Shown here one piece after another: positions 23,031-36,390 of a DNA stretch of 64,000 nucleotides. Position 1 is the stretch's first letter; each line of letters opens with the position of its first letter. Under the pieces are notes generated by a model, which saw nothing but the letters and a program-made list of their open reading frames with translations, did not search any database and had not been told where the DNA came from. Source of the DNA: Octopus bimaculoides (lineage: Eukaryota); NCBI RefSeq assembly GCF_001194135.2, contig NC_068984.1:30712409-30776408 (forward strand). Direction: 5' to 3'. Made by a program: the position numbers and the translations under genes.

Positions 23031-24525
23031 AATTCTTTACACTCGCTATTCTCCAATCATCAGGATTGTCACCAGAATCTAGGGTGCATGAGCTTGAAAG
23101 TATTTGTTGTTGATTTGTCGGCTTATAAATACTGTTTGTAGTCCTATGTTTCCTCACTATCTAATTGCAGATTAAGCGAAGTTATTTAAATCATTATTTG
23201 AGAAATGATAGCTGGTACTTTAGAACATATTCCACTGAGAATTTAGTCATTGTACTTCCTGCAAGATGTCGTTACTCTGAAATCTTTAGAAAGGGTTAGA
23301 GTTGTGAACACTAAAGCATATTAAACATGTTGGGTTGCACTACACTGAGATTCCTTACATATTAGCTTTTCTCATCATGAAGTACTTACTATGGGCAGGT
23401 ACCAGGAAGCTCTGCAATAGTCTAACATAAGAAAAGTCTGTATATATTGACATGGATGATTTAAACAGATTGCTCTTCCTTTTTCCTTACAAGTAGCTAT
23501 CCCGCTACTGTTTTTGAATATCAACAACACAAGGCATGTCATTGATTCATTTCTATAACTTGTGCTCACATTCAAGGAATGTTTGAACTATAATTTATTT
23601 GTAAAATTTCTAAATGAATTAAATTTACATGTCTGTTAAAGCTAAAAGTTTTGTTTCTATTATAAATCATTAAAATTTTTTTCTGCTATGAAATTTCAAA
23701 TTTGAAGAGAACTAATTTGAGTTTTAGTGATTTAATTAGAGAATTTTTAGAAAGTGTTATTGAAATACAAATTCTTAGAAATTTAAAAAGCAAATTTCAA
23801 ACTATCAGTTTGTATTGAATTTTAATTCTTATTAAAGTTTTAATTTAAATTCTTGCCATGTATTTTGTTTATGAAAATATTTGTTTTATCAGTTTGAAAT
23901 TCAAACTGAGTAAAAATAACTGACAAAAGAGGCTTTAACCAATGACATAATCAGCAAGTTTAGTCATAGCATTGTTTTAGTTATGTTAAATAACTACCAA
24001 ATATTTGAATTGCATGGCACCACTGTCTGAACAGATTCTGAAGAAAACTGAAATGGTCTGAATTAACAAAAAAAAAAAAAAATGCTCTTGGAAGTAAATA
24101 CTTATGCCATGTTACCAAAGTAATTATGTATTATTTAAGACTTCAGATAAGCTGTGTCATTTATGAAAGGTGCCCTGCTTGAAATAGAATTCATGTCTTC
24201 TTGAGAATGTATTAGCTTATTCACATTTACAAATTTTATTTGCTGTCTAAAGTTTCTGAGCGTTTTTATAAACAACATTTAGTGTGGTCAATCTTTTCAC
24301 AAACACGGTGTAGTGTTTTGAAAGTCAGTACAATTCATTTCCATTTTTCATGGATATTGGAAACAAATAACATTACTGATATTTTCTGCCTTCCTTGCTT
24401 TCCTTTATCTGCATGCACCTCTGCCATCTCCACAATTTAATTTGGTTTCTTTTATCACTATGTGTGGTTCTATGGATCATTTCCAATCAAGACTTATGTA
24501 ACTTTGTTTCGTTTATTTATGAATA

Positions 24526-24528
24526 CAT

Positions 24529-24613
<85 letters not shown>

Positions 24614-24700
24614 NNNNNNNNNNNNNNNNNATATATATATATATATATATATACATACATACATATATGACTGCATATATATATGTGTGTATGTTTGTAT
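24526..24700. repeat. (CATA)n-(CA)n-(TA)n microsatellite containing a 17-N assembly gap (24614-24630)
   Basis: Direct inspection. Confidence 0.95.
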
Positions 24701-25721
24701 TCAAATTCATTGCACCAAAAATTTAAGTGGCATTATCTGTAGATTTTATTATATGTATAACTATATTTTCAATAAAATCTTTAGCTATAAAATGATCACA
24801 ATAATGTTTCTGATACTCTGATATTAAGAAGTGCAAATAAAATTAATGGCAAGTAAAAGATCCCAAAAAGATATGAAATTTTCAAGCAATCTATATAATT
24901 GCCATCACTCATCAGTTTGATTATCAATAATGTAAATCTCCATTTTATATCTATTGTAGAAAAAATATATACAATTTTGTTAAATGTAAATTTTCTTTTT
25001 TGCTTTTTACACCATTTCTTAAATATCAACTAGCTTGAAAATTTAAATATTTTTGTATATTTTTCAAACTTTAAATCTTAATATCCTTTTGTTATTTTCG
25101 TAGCCACTGTAGATATTTTGAAGAAGTGAAATAAATATATTGGATTCACATGAAAACTAAGTGTGTATAACCATTGCTTTTTCATAATCATTTTTATTAG
25201 AACATTTGTATTCATTGGTCTAGATATATTGGGTAGTTGTCAGCTATTTGGTTGTAGCATTTTGCTTTAACACTTCTTCAAATCATTGTTGTTTCACTTC
25301 CTGCTTTCTCATTCTTTTATTATTCTTAATCATGTCACCTTGTTTGCAGCAATTCTTTTGTATTGTATATTGCTAAAAGCAATCCCAGTCTGATGCAACT
25401 CTACCTAAATCTTGTAATTAACTTCCATGTTATCTTCTTTTCAATCAATATTAATATTCATTTTCATTTAAACACCATGCAAAATTTGTCTCAATCATTT
25501 ATGACTAAATTATTCCTTTTTAACCTATTGTCTATCTCAGCTTTGTTTTACCATAGATCCCTTTTGAAATACAAACATTATAACATTTCTCAGAATCCTT
25601 ATCTTACATGCAGCAATTTTTCCAAAGTCTGGTTGCTTACATACCATTAAATATTTTTCTGAAGGCTTAAATTAATTTACTTCTAAGTATTATTTTATTT
25701 CTCTGTTAGTTCATATTGAAC

Positions 25722-25935
25722 ATCGGGTTGAGTCAAACGTTTTGCTATATTTTACTAATTTGTTTGCTTTATTTGTCAAGTTACAACAAAAACGGCCTAG
25801 CATCCAATGTAGAGGTCATCATGTTGCACCATCTGAAACCACCTTTCTGCTAGTTCATTGTTCCCACGCTGATACCAGTTCTTGTTCTTCGAGGTGAAGA
25901 AATCTTCCACTAAAGCTTCCACCTCTCATTGGTCA
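25722..25935 (-). mobile_element. Mariner transposase C-terminus plus 3' end
   Basis: EVEALVEDFFTSKNKNWYQRGNNELAERWFQMVQHDDLYI matches the mariner FF..K...Y..GI..L..RW...G.Y pattern. Confidence 0.75.
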
Positions 25936-26059
25936 ATTAAGTGTCAACAACAGAGGAAATGAGCCACAGATTGAAAGAAGTAATCACCTAAGAGAGAGAG
26001 AGAGAGAGATTTCACAATCTTAACATGTATAAGTTGTGGTTAATCAAGGACCAGCTTCT

Positions 26060-26295
26060 TCTTGAACCTGTTCCCAAATATGGGCGTTTCAAACAAAACT
26101 CAATGCTCTGATTTGGTGGAATTATGAGAAGATAATTCACTACAAGTTCATTCTAGATAGCTGGAACATTACATTAACGCCAATTTGTATTCCAAAGCAG
26201 CTGGTGTGAATGTATACCTTTGTGCAGCTAAAATACTCAACAGCAGTTAACAGCAAACAATCTCTACTGCAGCAAGACTACACAACACTAGCTCG
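26060..26295 (+). mobile_element. Mariner transposase mid-domain fragment
   Basis: KQNSML..WWNYEKIIHYKFIL...N..LY...LLQQD resembles WWD..GII.YE.L..TIN...Y..QL..HDNA; frameshifted. Confidence 0.55.
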
Positions 26296-26589
26296 TCAAT
26301 GATGGTTGAATTAGTTGTAGAATAATTATCATAATGATTAACTAATATTTCTATCATCTCTCAGTCTTCAAAGAAAGAGCAATGCTCAATACTTTTCTGC
26401 ACCTCTGTCACTTGTGAGGGGAAAGGAAAATATTATCTTTAGACTAGGGACCTGCTCAAATTCTTGCATCATTGCAGATCACAATAAAGGAACATAAGGT
26501 TCAGTTAGTTGTGTTAAATCAGATGAAGGATTAAACTTATGACAAAAATAAACAAAACATAGCATCAGAAACAGTCCCTCCATCATATT

Positions 26590-26745
26590 TCCATAGTTTC
26601 TCTTTACCAAATTTAACTTACAAAAATCTGGTAGACCCAAGGCTGTTTTCAGAGTCATTTTCCCAAATTCACACTCAGTGGGGCTGAACCAAAGCTAAAT
26701 AGTTAGAAAGCAAACTCTTTAACCAGGCAAAGCCTGTGCCTATTG
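26590..26745 (-). mobile_element. tRNA-headed SINE (family E), diverged
   Basis: Aligns to 30700-30837 (CCATAGTTTC..ACCAAAT..CCCAAGGCTG..AGTGGGGCTGAACC..AAGCAAACTCTTTAACCA). Confidence 0.55.
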
Positions 26746-29269
26746 TAGAAATTAAACATGTTACACATAAGCATACATATTTTTTTTGTATAAAATGTTT
26801 ATCAATACAAAGTGATATCTTACATATTTAACCATATATTTAATATACTTAAATGCAGTATCTTTTCCTATAAAATATACATCAAAAGTTTTCTTACAAA
26901 GCATTTTTCTTTTGTTAAATTTGAAATAAATACTAAAAACATATAAGCAATTTTGGAGGGCTAAAGTACTATATAATGTTCCATTTAATAGGCATGAAAG
27001 CCTACTAAAAGAAAATTTGTTGATTTTTATTATTTAATTAACCAAAAATCCTTCATAGGTATATATAACAATTTCATTGACATCTGTCACTTTTGAACAA
27101 ATATATAATGCTTTACTTTTTTTTCTGCCAAAGTCAATAGAACTGACAGAATAATACTGCTATAAAAGTTATATATTCACGTCACATGACTATTTGTAAA
27201 TAACGCTCGTGTGTGTCTGTGTGTGTGCGTGTGTGCGTGTGTGTATAGCATCTTTTGTCTTTTTTTTCTGCTTTTCTTATCAGAACAGCAAACAAACAAA
27301 AAATGATCAATGTCAATATTCAGAGAGTAAAATTACAATGGAAATGAGGCATTTGAAATTCTCTTTCAGCCATTCCTATATTTAAAAATGTGAATGAGAA
27401 TTAAATGGGAAAAAAAGCATCGAAACAAAAATATTTTACTATTTATTTATATACAATTTACATCTGCAAAAGAGATTTTTTTTATGATAAATACTCTCAT
27501 CAAACATTAATTTTTTTTTTTATTAAATTGATTTCATATTTGAGTGCAAAAGGATTATGGTATTAGCAATCAAAAAAAAAAAAAAAGAAAATAGAATGAG
27601 AGAGAATATGCTGTTAGTAGCTGAGAAAAAATATGCTGAATTGTTATTCAAGGTATAAAATTTCAAAGTCAATACTCTTTTCTGTTTAGTTCCATTAGAA
27701 AGATAAGTGATTCTACAAAGCTGCCAGTATTAATATAAGCTATAAGAAATATAACAGGAAACAGAGTTATTATTATTTGATTGCATGTATTTAACAAGAA
27801 ATAAGATAAATAAAAAACAATAGAAATACCAGCATATCATCTTTGAGACAGTTCTGTTTGTATGTTTCCAGTAAAAAAATTTAGTTCCATTTGCTGTTGA
27901 TAAATTATTTTCCCATCCTATGTCAGATTTCTCATATGCAATTTGAGAGCTGTGGGGATTTTATGCAGTAATTAATACTGGTATTAATAATGGTGAATTT
28001 GACATCAACTGAATATCTACTAGGTTGATTTTTTAAAATAAACACTTGTTTGATAAAAAAATGTTTAATTAATTCCAAAGTAAAATTTCGATTTACATTT
28101 ATAGAAAAAGATCCAATTTTCTTATGGAATTTGTGGAAAATTCAGAAGAATAAAAATCTTTGTCATTAGCTGAAAAACGTCAATAAAACAATTAAGAAAA
28201 ATTAAAATTAAAATGGATATGCTCCTCACATTTCTTGTCAGAATATTAAAACTCTGACTGATATACACATACTTTTTGGAAGGGCATGGAAATTATCCAT
28301 TTAATCATGAGCTTCATTAGAAATAGTTATTCAGAATGGAAGCAGGTATGGATCATTAGTTAAGAATTTTGCATCACAGTGAACTGGATTTTAGATTTGA
28401 TTTTTCTCACTACATGACACTAACTATATGGTTTGATTAGCTCTTATATATCACCTTCAGTATACTCTACCTTAGCTGCATATCGATCCAAGTTTTATGA
28501 GTGAAATTGGGTAGACAGAAACTATGGAAAACTTCTTAGAATGTGGTATTGTACTAGTTCTCAGTGGGTAGACTTAATATCTTAATTCAATACCTCTGTC
28601 TGTCCATTAGCTGCCTATAACAGGCTTCACGCTTTTAGTTCAAATACCTTAACCAGGGGACCAGTATAGAATAATTTGATTTCTCCTGGTGTTTGTTTTT
28701 CTATTGTATTTACTTATGAGTTATGCTTTTTTTTCCTCCATTCCATTCATCAGTTTTCAAGATTTTGTAATTGTTTATGGTTGCAGCCTTTCTGCCTTTA
28801 ATGAATGCTTCTGCATTTATATATATATTTATATGTAAAGTACTGTTTTACAGCTGGTTGTCCTTATCAGGTATTACTGTTATCTTCTGTGAAAGCTAGG
28901 CTAACTTTGCTGTATTTTTAGATCAGTTTAGTTGGTTTCAGCAGCAAGGAACATGATTGTTAATTTTATGAATATATAGAGGCTATTACAATGATATTCT
29001 GTAGTAGTTGTAGATAAGGATATTCATAATGTTTGTAGATAATGGTTGTGTTGGGGCTGTCAAGAGAATTACTTTCTGTTCTAGGTGAGATATTTTTCAA
29101 CTCCTGTGTCATAGTAATCAATCATTACATCTGGTCCATGGTGATCTATGAGTTTCTGTGTTAATACATAAATTGCTTGGATGTCTAAAAAAACCCTGAG
29201 TTTTTAATGCAATGCATTTATATGTAAGTGCTTATGTCCTAACATATGTGTGCACTCATTACCGTAATT

Positions 29270-29730
29270 ATCATTGTCATCATCATCATTTAGCGTCTGT
29301 TGTCCAAACTGGCATGGTTTGACCAGAGCTGGTAAGCTGAGGGGCTGCACCAAATTCCAGTCTGATTTGGCATGGTTTCTTTGGCTGGATGCCCTTCCTA
29401 ACGTCAACCACTCCTAGAGTGTAATGAATGCTTTTATATGCCACTGGTATGGGCGCCAGTTGCATAACACCAGTATCAGTCATTACTAGAATTTCACTTG
29501 ACTTGATGGGTCTTCTAAAGCACAGTATATTGCCAAAGGTCTTGGTCATTTGTCATTGCCTCACGAAGTCCAGCGCTTGAAAGGTGCTTTTTATGTGCCA
29601 CTGGTATGGGTGCATCAGCCACATTGCCTCCATGCTTGAAAGGCGCTCTTTACATGCCACCAGCAAGGGTGCCAGTTATGTGACACTGACAACAGCCACA
29701 ACTATGATTTCACTTGGCTTGATGGATCTT
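29270..29730 (-). mobile_element. SINE family A with internal GTGCCA/TGGCAC units
   Basis: (CAT)n tail, GGCATGGTTTGAC..GGATGCCCTTCCTAACG and repeated TTTTATATGCCACTGGTATGGG units. Confidence 0.85.
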
Positions 29731-30019
29731 AAATTTGATAATTGTCTTTTTTATACAAGTATTTTTAAAATGTGTATGCAGTAACACTTTTAGGACCTTA
29801 TTCAGTGTGTTGCAAAGGGAAAATGTTGAAAAATCTCTATTTTAGATTAACAGTATAGTTGAAAACCAAGGTAATTTATTGTTCTTCATAACAGCAGTTG
29901 TGCGTTAGTTATAATAATTGTAATGTTCCATAGGCAGAGATAGTAATTCATTCTTAAAGGTTCAGTCAAAAGTGAAGAATGATAACAATCAACAGTAGAG
30001 AAATAAAGTGTTAAACACT

Positions 30020-30330
30020 GCTAAAAGGAGAGAATTAGCAGTGGTAGTCTGAGGGTGAATTCATGATGTTGTAGACATGCTCTGATTGTGCACTCAGTAC
30101 CAGAGGAGTATCTTTGCTATGGGTGGTATGCTATGTATATCTATGATACAGAGAATGATTTGGCTATCGGAGGATTAAAGGTAGCTGCTTATTGGAAACA
30201 CTCTGAGAATGAAGCAGTCTCTATAATGCTACAGAGTTAAGGAATCAAGGGAACATATTCTGATCACATTGATGAAAGCAGAAGATGAGAGTGGGGTTGA
30301 TAAGTCAAAGGCATTATTAAAGATCCTTGT
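30020..30330 (-). mobile_element. Possible CR1/L2-type LINE 3' remnant
   Basis: Weak resemblance on minus to the LWNSLP..VFP..YNL..FK C-terminal region; very degraded. Confidence 0.3.
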
Positions 30331-30494
30331 CATTCGTGCACATTGCATTTTAAAAGTAAAGTACATTTAAAAACTATTCTTTTTCTATATCTAATTTATA
30401 GTTCCCATCTTTTGCTAAGCTCAGGTCACACAAACTCATTAAACAAAGCTTTTGCTTAATTAAAACTGAAGTTTATGTATATCTCTTATCTTTT

Positions 30495-30837
30495 AGTTGT
30501 TTTAGTTATTTGACTGCAGCCATGCTGAAGTACCACCTTGAAGGATATTTTAGTGGAACAAATCGACCCCAGGACTTATTTTTTGGCTTACTTTTCCCGA
30601 ATTACTACACTACAGTGATGTAAACACACCAACACTGGTTGTTAAGCAATTGTGGGAGAAACATGCACACATATCGATATATATACGATGGGCTTCTTTC
30701 AGTTTCTGACTACCAAATCCATTCACAGAGTTTTGGTCGGTCCAAGGCTGTAGTAGAAAGACACTTGCTCAAGGTGTTGCACAGTGAGACTGAAACCAGA
30801 ATCAAGTGATTGGGAAGCAAGCTTCTTACCACACAGC
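30495..30837 (-). mobile_element. tRNA-headed SINE (family E)
   Basis: Minus head GCTGTGTGGTAAGAAGCTTGCTTCCCAATCACTTGATTCTGGTTTCAGTC..ACCTTGAGCAAGTGTC. Body GACTGCAGCCATGCTG..AAATCGACCCCAGGACTTATT. Confidence 0.8.
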
Positions 30838-30839
30838 AA

Positions 30840-31053
30840 GTGGGTGCTGAAAAGTTCCTGGCTTTAATAGTCTTGTGAATAGACTTGGTGGAGGCCCAAA
30901 CTTGTGAGTTCTTTTACAGGGCTTAGAGAAACTGAAGGACCATTGCAATAAGTGTGTGGATCTGAGAGGGGAATATGTTGAATAAAATCATTATTAACTG
31001 TACCTCCTGTATTTTCTTTTACCCAAAACTAGGAACTTTTCAGTACCCCTCAT
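30840..31053 (+). mobile_element. ~215-bp mariner-derived MITE
   Basis: TIRs GTGGGTGCTGAAAAGTTCCTGG / CTAGGAACTTTTCAGTACCCCTCA-TA. The interior keeps only the transposase C-terminus FFTGLEKLKDHCNKCVDLRGEYVE*. Confidence 0.85.
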
Positions 31054-31074
31054 ATAATATGCATACAAATATAT

Positions 31075-31225
31075 ACATGGTGAGTCTCCACATAGTTTCC
31101 AACTGCCAAATTTGTTCACAAGATATTGGTTGGCCCAGAGCGATAGTTGGAAACATTTGGCCATGATGCTGCACAATGGTACTGAACCCAAAACCAAAGG
31201 CCAGCTTCTTAACCACATGGCCATA
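31075..31225 (-). mobile_element. SINE family E, diverged second copy
   Basis: Aligns to 30690-30837. Confidence 0.6.
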
Positions 31226-34200
31226 TGTAGTAAGCAAGCAGTAATTAAGTAATGTTGACATATTTAATGTAATGAACATTAAAAATCTTTTAGGGAAAAA
31301 ATATCAATATCAGAGAAGGTCTAATGTTTAATAAACATTTTCTTCATGATTCTTCAACATTACTTTGGCAAGTAAGATGAAAACGATGTTTTGCTGATGA
31401 TGTTATAAAACAGAAATATGTTCTGATTTATTTCTTGTAATTGTTGAAGTAATTAAAATAACATCAGCATCTAACGCATGTTTTTTTTTTTTTACCATAT
31501 AATTATTCTTTTTTAATGCTCTTAATTTAACTATTGTTAGCACTAACTTAACTGTTGTATTTTCATTCAGATGGCATATCTGAATTATTCTCTGATAAGT
31601 GACTGTATTCTTTATAATCTCAGGCTTCTTGTGAAAAGAGAATAAATAGCATTATTTTGTTTCCTTTGCCTTTTGACATGTGTTGATTTCTTGTAATAAT
31701 CCAACTCTCTGTAAACCTGTTGAAGAATATCTTATTTCTTTTAGATAGATTTTTACAGTAGGAAATTTGCTGAAGGGAACTGATTAATTGCACAATAATT
31801 GTTTTCTATTTTGTGGCTCTCAGTAATTTTACTTGGAAATAAACATTCTTTATTTCCCAATAAAATCTTTCTTTATGGTGCATTGCAGCAGAAGAAAATA
31901 AAGCAAAACAAATTTTGTTTTCTTTAATTATTATCAATTTACTTCTTGTCAGTTGATCTTTCTGTATGGTGATAGTAAAATTCCTTCTCATGCCTAGTTG
32001 TTAAGGCTTGTCTTTCTCTGGTTAGCATACACTAAATAGATAAGAGACAATTCTTTTCATGGACAGAACATAAGTGTCTTGAGAGTTGATACCTGAATAA
32101 CTATATGCTGTATATCAAAATTTATTGAAGTAAGATGGTTTATTTATTTATTTAATTCCTAACAGGCATGATATAAAATCCCCCCATCTCTAATCTCTTT
32201 GAGGATAATCTAAAATTCAATTTAATTCTAATAATAGGATTGCAAATTTAACATTTCCAGAGTGAAGTAATATCATCAAATAATAACAAAAAGTAAATTC
32301 AAGATATCATTTATCAAATTTATTTCTATAATATAAAGCTTATCTTTTCAAAATACCCTCACACTAGTTTATATATATATTTTTTCTTATTAGCTTTAGA
32401 TTGTTAGAAAGTAAAACATCGACTGTTAATTTGTATGGAATTCATAGAATTGAGAAATGTGTGAAAAGTTCTCATTGCTCCAGGTGCTTGAAATCAAATA
32501 CTGTAAATGTTTATATTGTCAAGAGAATAAACAGATTATGAAGTAATCTGAAATAACACAAGTCACATAATCAGCATCAGTAACAGCCATATTTCCCAAA
32601 TCATTGATCATAATGCCTAATTGAAAAATGATCCTCGGAGGAAGCTTCTATCTGGTCACTTGATATGCTAGAAACAGCAGCCACGTATATCTTAGATCAC
32701 ACTGCCATCATCATTAGCAGCAGCATTGTTTTAATGTTCACTTTGCTATGTTTGCATGAGTCAGATTAAACTTTTTGTTTCAGATTTTCCAATGGCACGA
32801 TACTCTTCTTGTCACTAACCCTCTTTTGTTTCCAAGCAAAGTGATATTTCATCTTGGTGGCACATGTTTCAATGGAATGTTGGAAATTACACCACTTGTC
32901 TGATAGTGATGTTTTTTGCCACTCTCCAGTGATATCAAGGCAAAGAGATACAAACATAGAAACACACACATGTATACACACACACACAAGTAAGTAGTTT
33001 ATCATAATATTGCATTTACTTTTTTATGAGAGACAAAGATTGAAAACAATGCATCAGTCCTTGGACCACAGTACCCATATAGGATTTCCCATCATCCCCT
33101 GGCGGTAGTACTACTTACTTTGAGAAGCATTAGTGTAAAGTTAGACAGTAGTAACCAACATTATTTACTTTCTTCTAAATCTGTCTGAATCTTTGTTAAA
33201 ACATATTTGATGACTTAAATTTTTCTGATCTGTTACAGCTTATCACAAATTTCTGTAATGCATTTGTCAAAATTTTAAATATACATAATGCTGGCTTAAA
33301 ATGAAGTCACAGATGATAGAAGAATGAACCAAAGTGACATATGTTGAATTTATTGAAGTGAAAATAGTGAGGAGAAAGCTGTATGGAATAAATATGAAGA
33401 TGAAAGGAGACATTGACAGCCGCATGTCATTTCTAATGTACGAATATAACAGTTGAGAAATAAAATATATTTTAGTATGAAAAATGAGAAGTTGTTGAAA
33501 TTCTAATAGACATTATAAGCACCAGTTTTAGACAGAAGGGAGAAACACATTTGCTGATCTCTCTGAAACCATAGATCTATAAGTTACCAGGTGATAGAAA
33601 TGGATAGATACCAGCAATAGGCTTGTTACTTTTAAGTCTTGAATTGGGATTTATAATGTTTAGTATCATTTGCATTAAAATTATAGCAGTTAAATCATGA
33701 CTGGAAATTCTGTGAAGACATTCTTCATTTTCTGTAATATATTTGACAAAGGAAATAAATGCAGACAATGTTTTTACAGCAAATTTAATGCTTTTTCCCA
33801 TTATGATCATTAACAGTAGCATCTTACAATGTCTGTTCTTCCATGCTGGTTCAGGTTGGATTGCTTTCATAAAGCAGTGCTTTACAGCAGGATGCCCTTC
33901 TTGCAATCAGCTCTTTTAGCAGTTTCTTATGATATGCAGTGACACAACTATACTCATGGTAATGTTCTTTTAATTAAAGGAAATGCAAATTATTCTTTGA
34001 CCAGTAGCATTAACATCAGTGGACAAATGCATGCAGTAAAAATAACCTGTTCATGGGAGATACTTTTGGATTAATGCTTAATAGTTTTTTACAGCATTCT
34101 GCCACTAACATTAAGCTACTTAGAGAATTTTAGAATTGGTGATTATCATGAAAGCCAAGAGATCATAATTTGTCAAAAACCTCATTAACATTTGACCTGA

Positions 34201-34671
34201 CAAATGGCCTAGATTTATTTTGATGTGCAATGTTGTAGTCCCTTAAATTATATTATATGAAGAGAAATTACTCTATTAATTATCTTTAGATGACACTACA
34301 TGAACATTTCTCATTAATCCATATATACATACACATACAGGCACTATAAATAAACAATCACAGACAGATATGTATTCATGTATATAGCTACACTAATATA
34401 AGTACATGAGGCTTACGTATATTAAGATGCAGGTGTTCTCATGCACAGAAGTGCATACTTCGGTGCACATATTCCCTTAGACACACTTGCTATTGCATGC
34501 ACTGACAGAAATGTTACCCTCAGCCAAATGTCCATAGTCACAGGGTGGGTTTATACATAACGCAAGAATACACGCATATACACTCATGTGCAAACACACA
34601 CACACACAGGCACACATACTGATTGGGTCATGGAATGTAAATATACAGATACTATAAATGAAGCTAGTGAA

Positions 34672-34998
34672 GTTGCATGGCTCAGTGGTTAGAGCATTGA
34701 ACTTACGAACTTAGAGCATCGAATCCTGGACCGAGGTGTGTGTTGTGTTCTTGAGCAAGACACTTTATTTCACGTTGCTCCAGTTCACTCAGCTGTAGAA
34801 ATGAGTTCTGACATCACTGGTGCCAAGCTGTATCAGCCTTTGTCTTTCCCTTGGATAACACTGGCGGCGTGGAGAGGGGAGGGCAGTATGCATGGTCGAC
34901 TGCTGGTCTTCCATAAAAACAACCTTGCTCAGACTTGTGCTTCGGAGGGTAATTTTCTAAGTGCAATTCTATGGTCATTCATGACCGAAGGGGGTCTC
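34672..34998 (+). mobile_element. tRNA-headed SINE (family D)
   Basis: A box TGGCTCAGTGG (34678-34688), B-box remnant CGAATCC and central TTGAGCAAGACACTTTATTTCACGTTGCTCCAGTTCACTCAGCTG. Confidence 0.8.
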
Positions 34999-35334
34999 CG
35001 ATAAATGAAGCATTCCTACATGTGTCCATACTGATATAATAACATCCCAAGGAGAAAACTTGCACATGCTAATTACGTACAGACACAGAGACATACATGA
35101 AGCACATTTGTATGTGTATTCATTCATTTATAAGAGCAAGCTTTTTGATGGTTGTTCAACAAAGTAGAAATAGCAGCCACTTCTCCCCCAGATCTTAACA
35201 TGATGACTTAGAAACAGAGAAAACCAATGGATAAATTTCATCATCTTGAAAAAAAGTAATAAGTGAATTCTGACGAGTTTTAAATCTGACAAAACTATAT
35301 GGTTTGACTCTTATTACAAGTTATAATTTAATCA

Positions 35335-36325
35335 AGTCTTAATTTCACATCCACCAACACAACTAACTTGATCACCTAGATAATGGAAGCTATCTACTAC
35401 CTCTGGCTTACTCCCTGGCAGTTGATAGAGTGTATTTTCTGTACATTTCCAGTGTTTATTGTACCCATGCATCTTCCACACAAAAGCTATTTTCTCTGTT
35501 AACCTTGTTCTGATATTATTGCACCTCTTATGTGTCTATAGCTTGCACTAAGTACATCTTATGGAGCCTTTTCTACAGATTGAGCGGGGGCCATCTACCT
35601 GAAGGGATTTGTGATTTGTCTGCCTTCCTACTTGCTATGACTCTGGTTTTTTCTAGGTAAAATCTATGACCCTTCGATTCTAGACCTTGCTTAGATATTT
35701 TAAGCACCTCAGCGATGATCCCTGATGGGCTGGGGGCTTTCCCTGTCTTCATATTCTTAATTTCTTTATCTACCTTGGTACTGTTGATTCAGATAGCTGG
35801 TCCCTCAGTTGGGTGAACAACTGGCAGACTCTGGCAGAAATGTTAGCGAGCTGGCAGAAACGTTAGCATGCCGGGTGAAATGTTTAGTGGTATTTCATCC
35901 GCCTCTACGTTCTGAGTTCAAATTACATCGAGGTCGACTTTGCCTTTCATCCTTTCGGGGTCGATTAAATAAGTACCAGTTACTCACTGGGGTCGATATA
36001 ATTGACTTAATCCATTTATCTGTTCTGTATGTAGCCTCTTGTAGGCAGCAAAGAAATAAGACTCCCCTCCTCTCATTCATCCTCCAAATTCAGCAGTCTT
36101 TCATAATGGCATTTCTAAACCTATTTCCTTGCAGAATCATTAAATGCAAATGAGCCATTATCCATGCAGACACATTTCTCTCCTATCACTTCACAATTTT
36201 CTTGCACACACTATCTTGTAATCTAAAGCACTTCATGTTTTTGGTCCTCACATTGCTGAATTCCTTCTTTTCTGCTTCATCCTTGGCTAAATATACCTGT
36301 CTCCTAGCTTCCCTTCTGGATATCT
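35335..36325 (-). mobile_element. Internally deleted RTE LINE with a Cys/His (PHD-like) insert, interrupted by a SINE
   Basis: REARRQVYLAKDEAEKKEF; HYERLLNLEDE*EEGSL|PVVHPTEGPAI..IKNMKTGKAPSPSGIIAEVLK joined to KQGLESKG..EKTRV; then SICRKG..RCT*CKL*THKRC..AFV..RC..VVDSFHYLGD. Confidence 0.85.
35832..36058 (+). mobile_element. SINE family B nested in the RTE, 6-bp TSD
   Basis: Near full-length: duplicated TGGCAGAAA(T/C)GTTAGC head, B box GAGTTCAAATT and core AAATAAGTACCAGT. AGACTC lies at 35826-35831 and 36059-36064. Confidence 0.9.
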
Positions 36326-36344
36326 TATGTATATATATTGTGGC

Positions 36345-36386
<42 letters not shown>

Positions 36387-36390
36387 ACTC

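Noticed and set aside
24614-24630. Run of N inside a microsatellite
   Set aside because: It is an assembly gap, not biology; lengths across it are unreliable.
27161-27200. TATA, CRE-like, M-box (GTCACATGAC) and forkhead motifs within 40 bp
   Set aside because: Short motifs are expected by chance in 64 kb of AT-rich DNA, and there is no independent promoter evidence.
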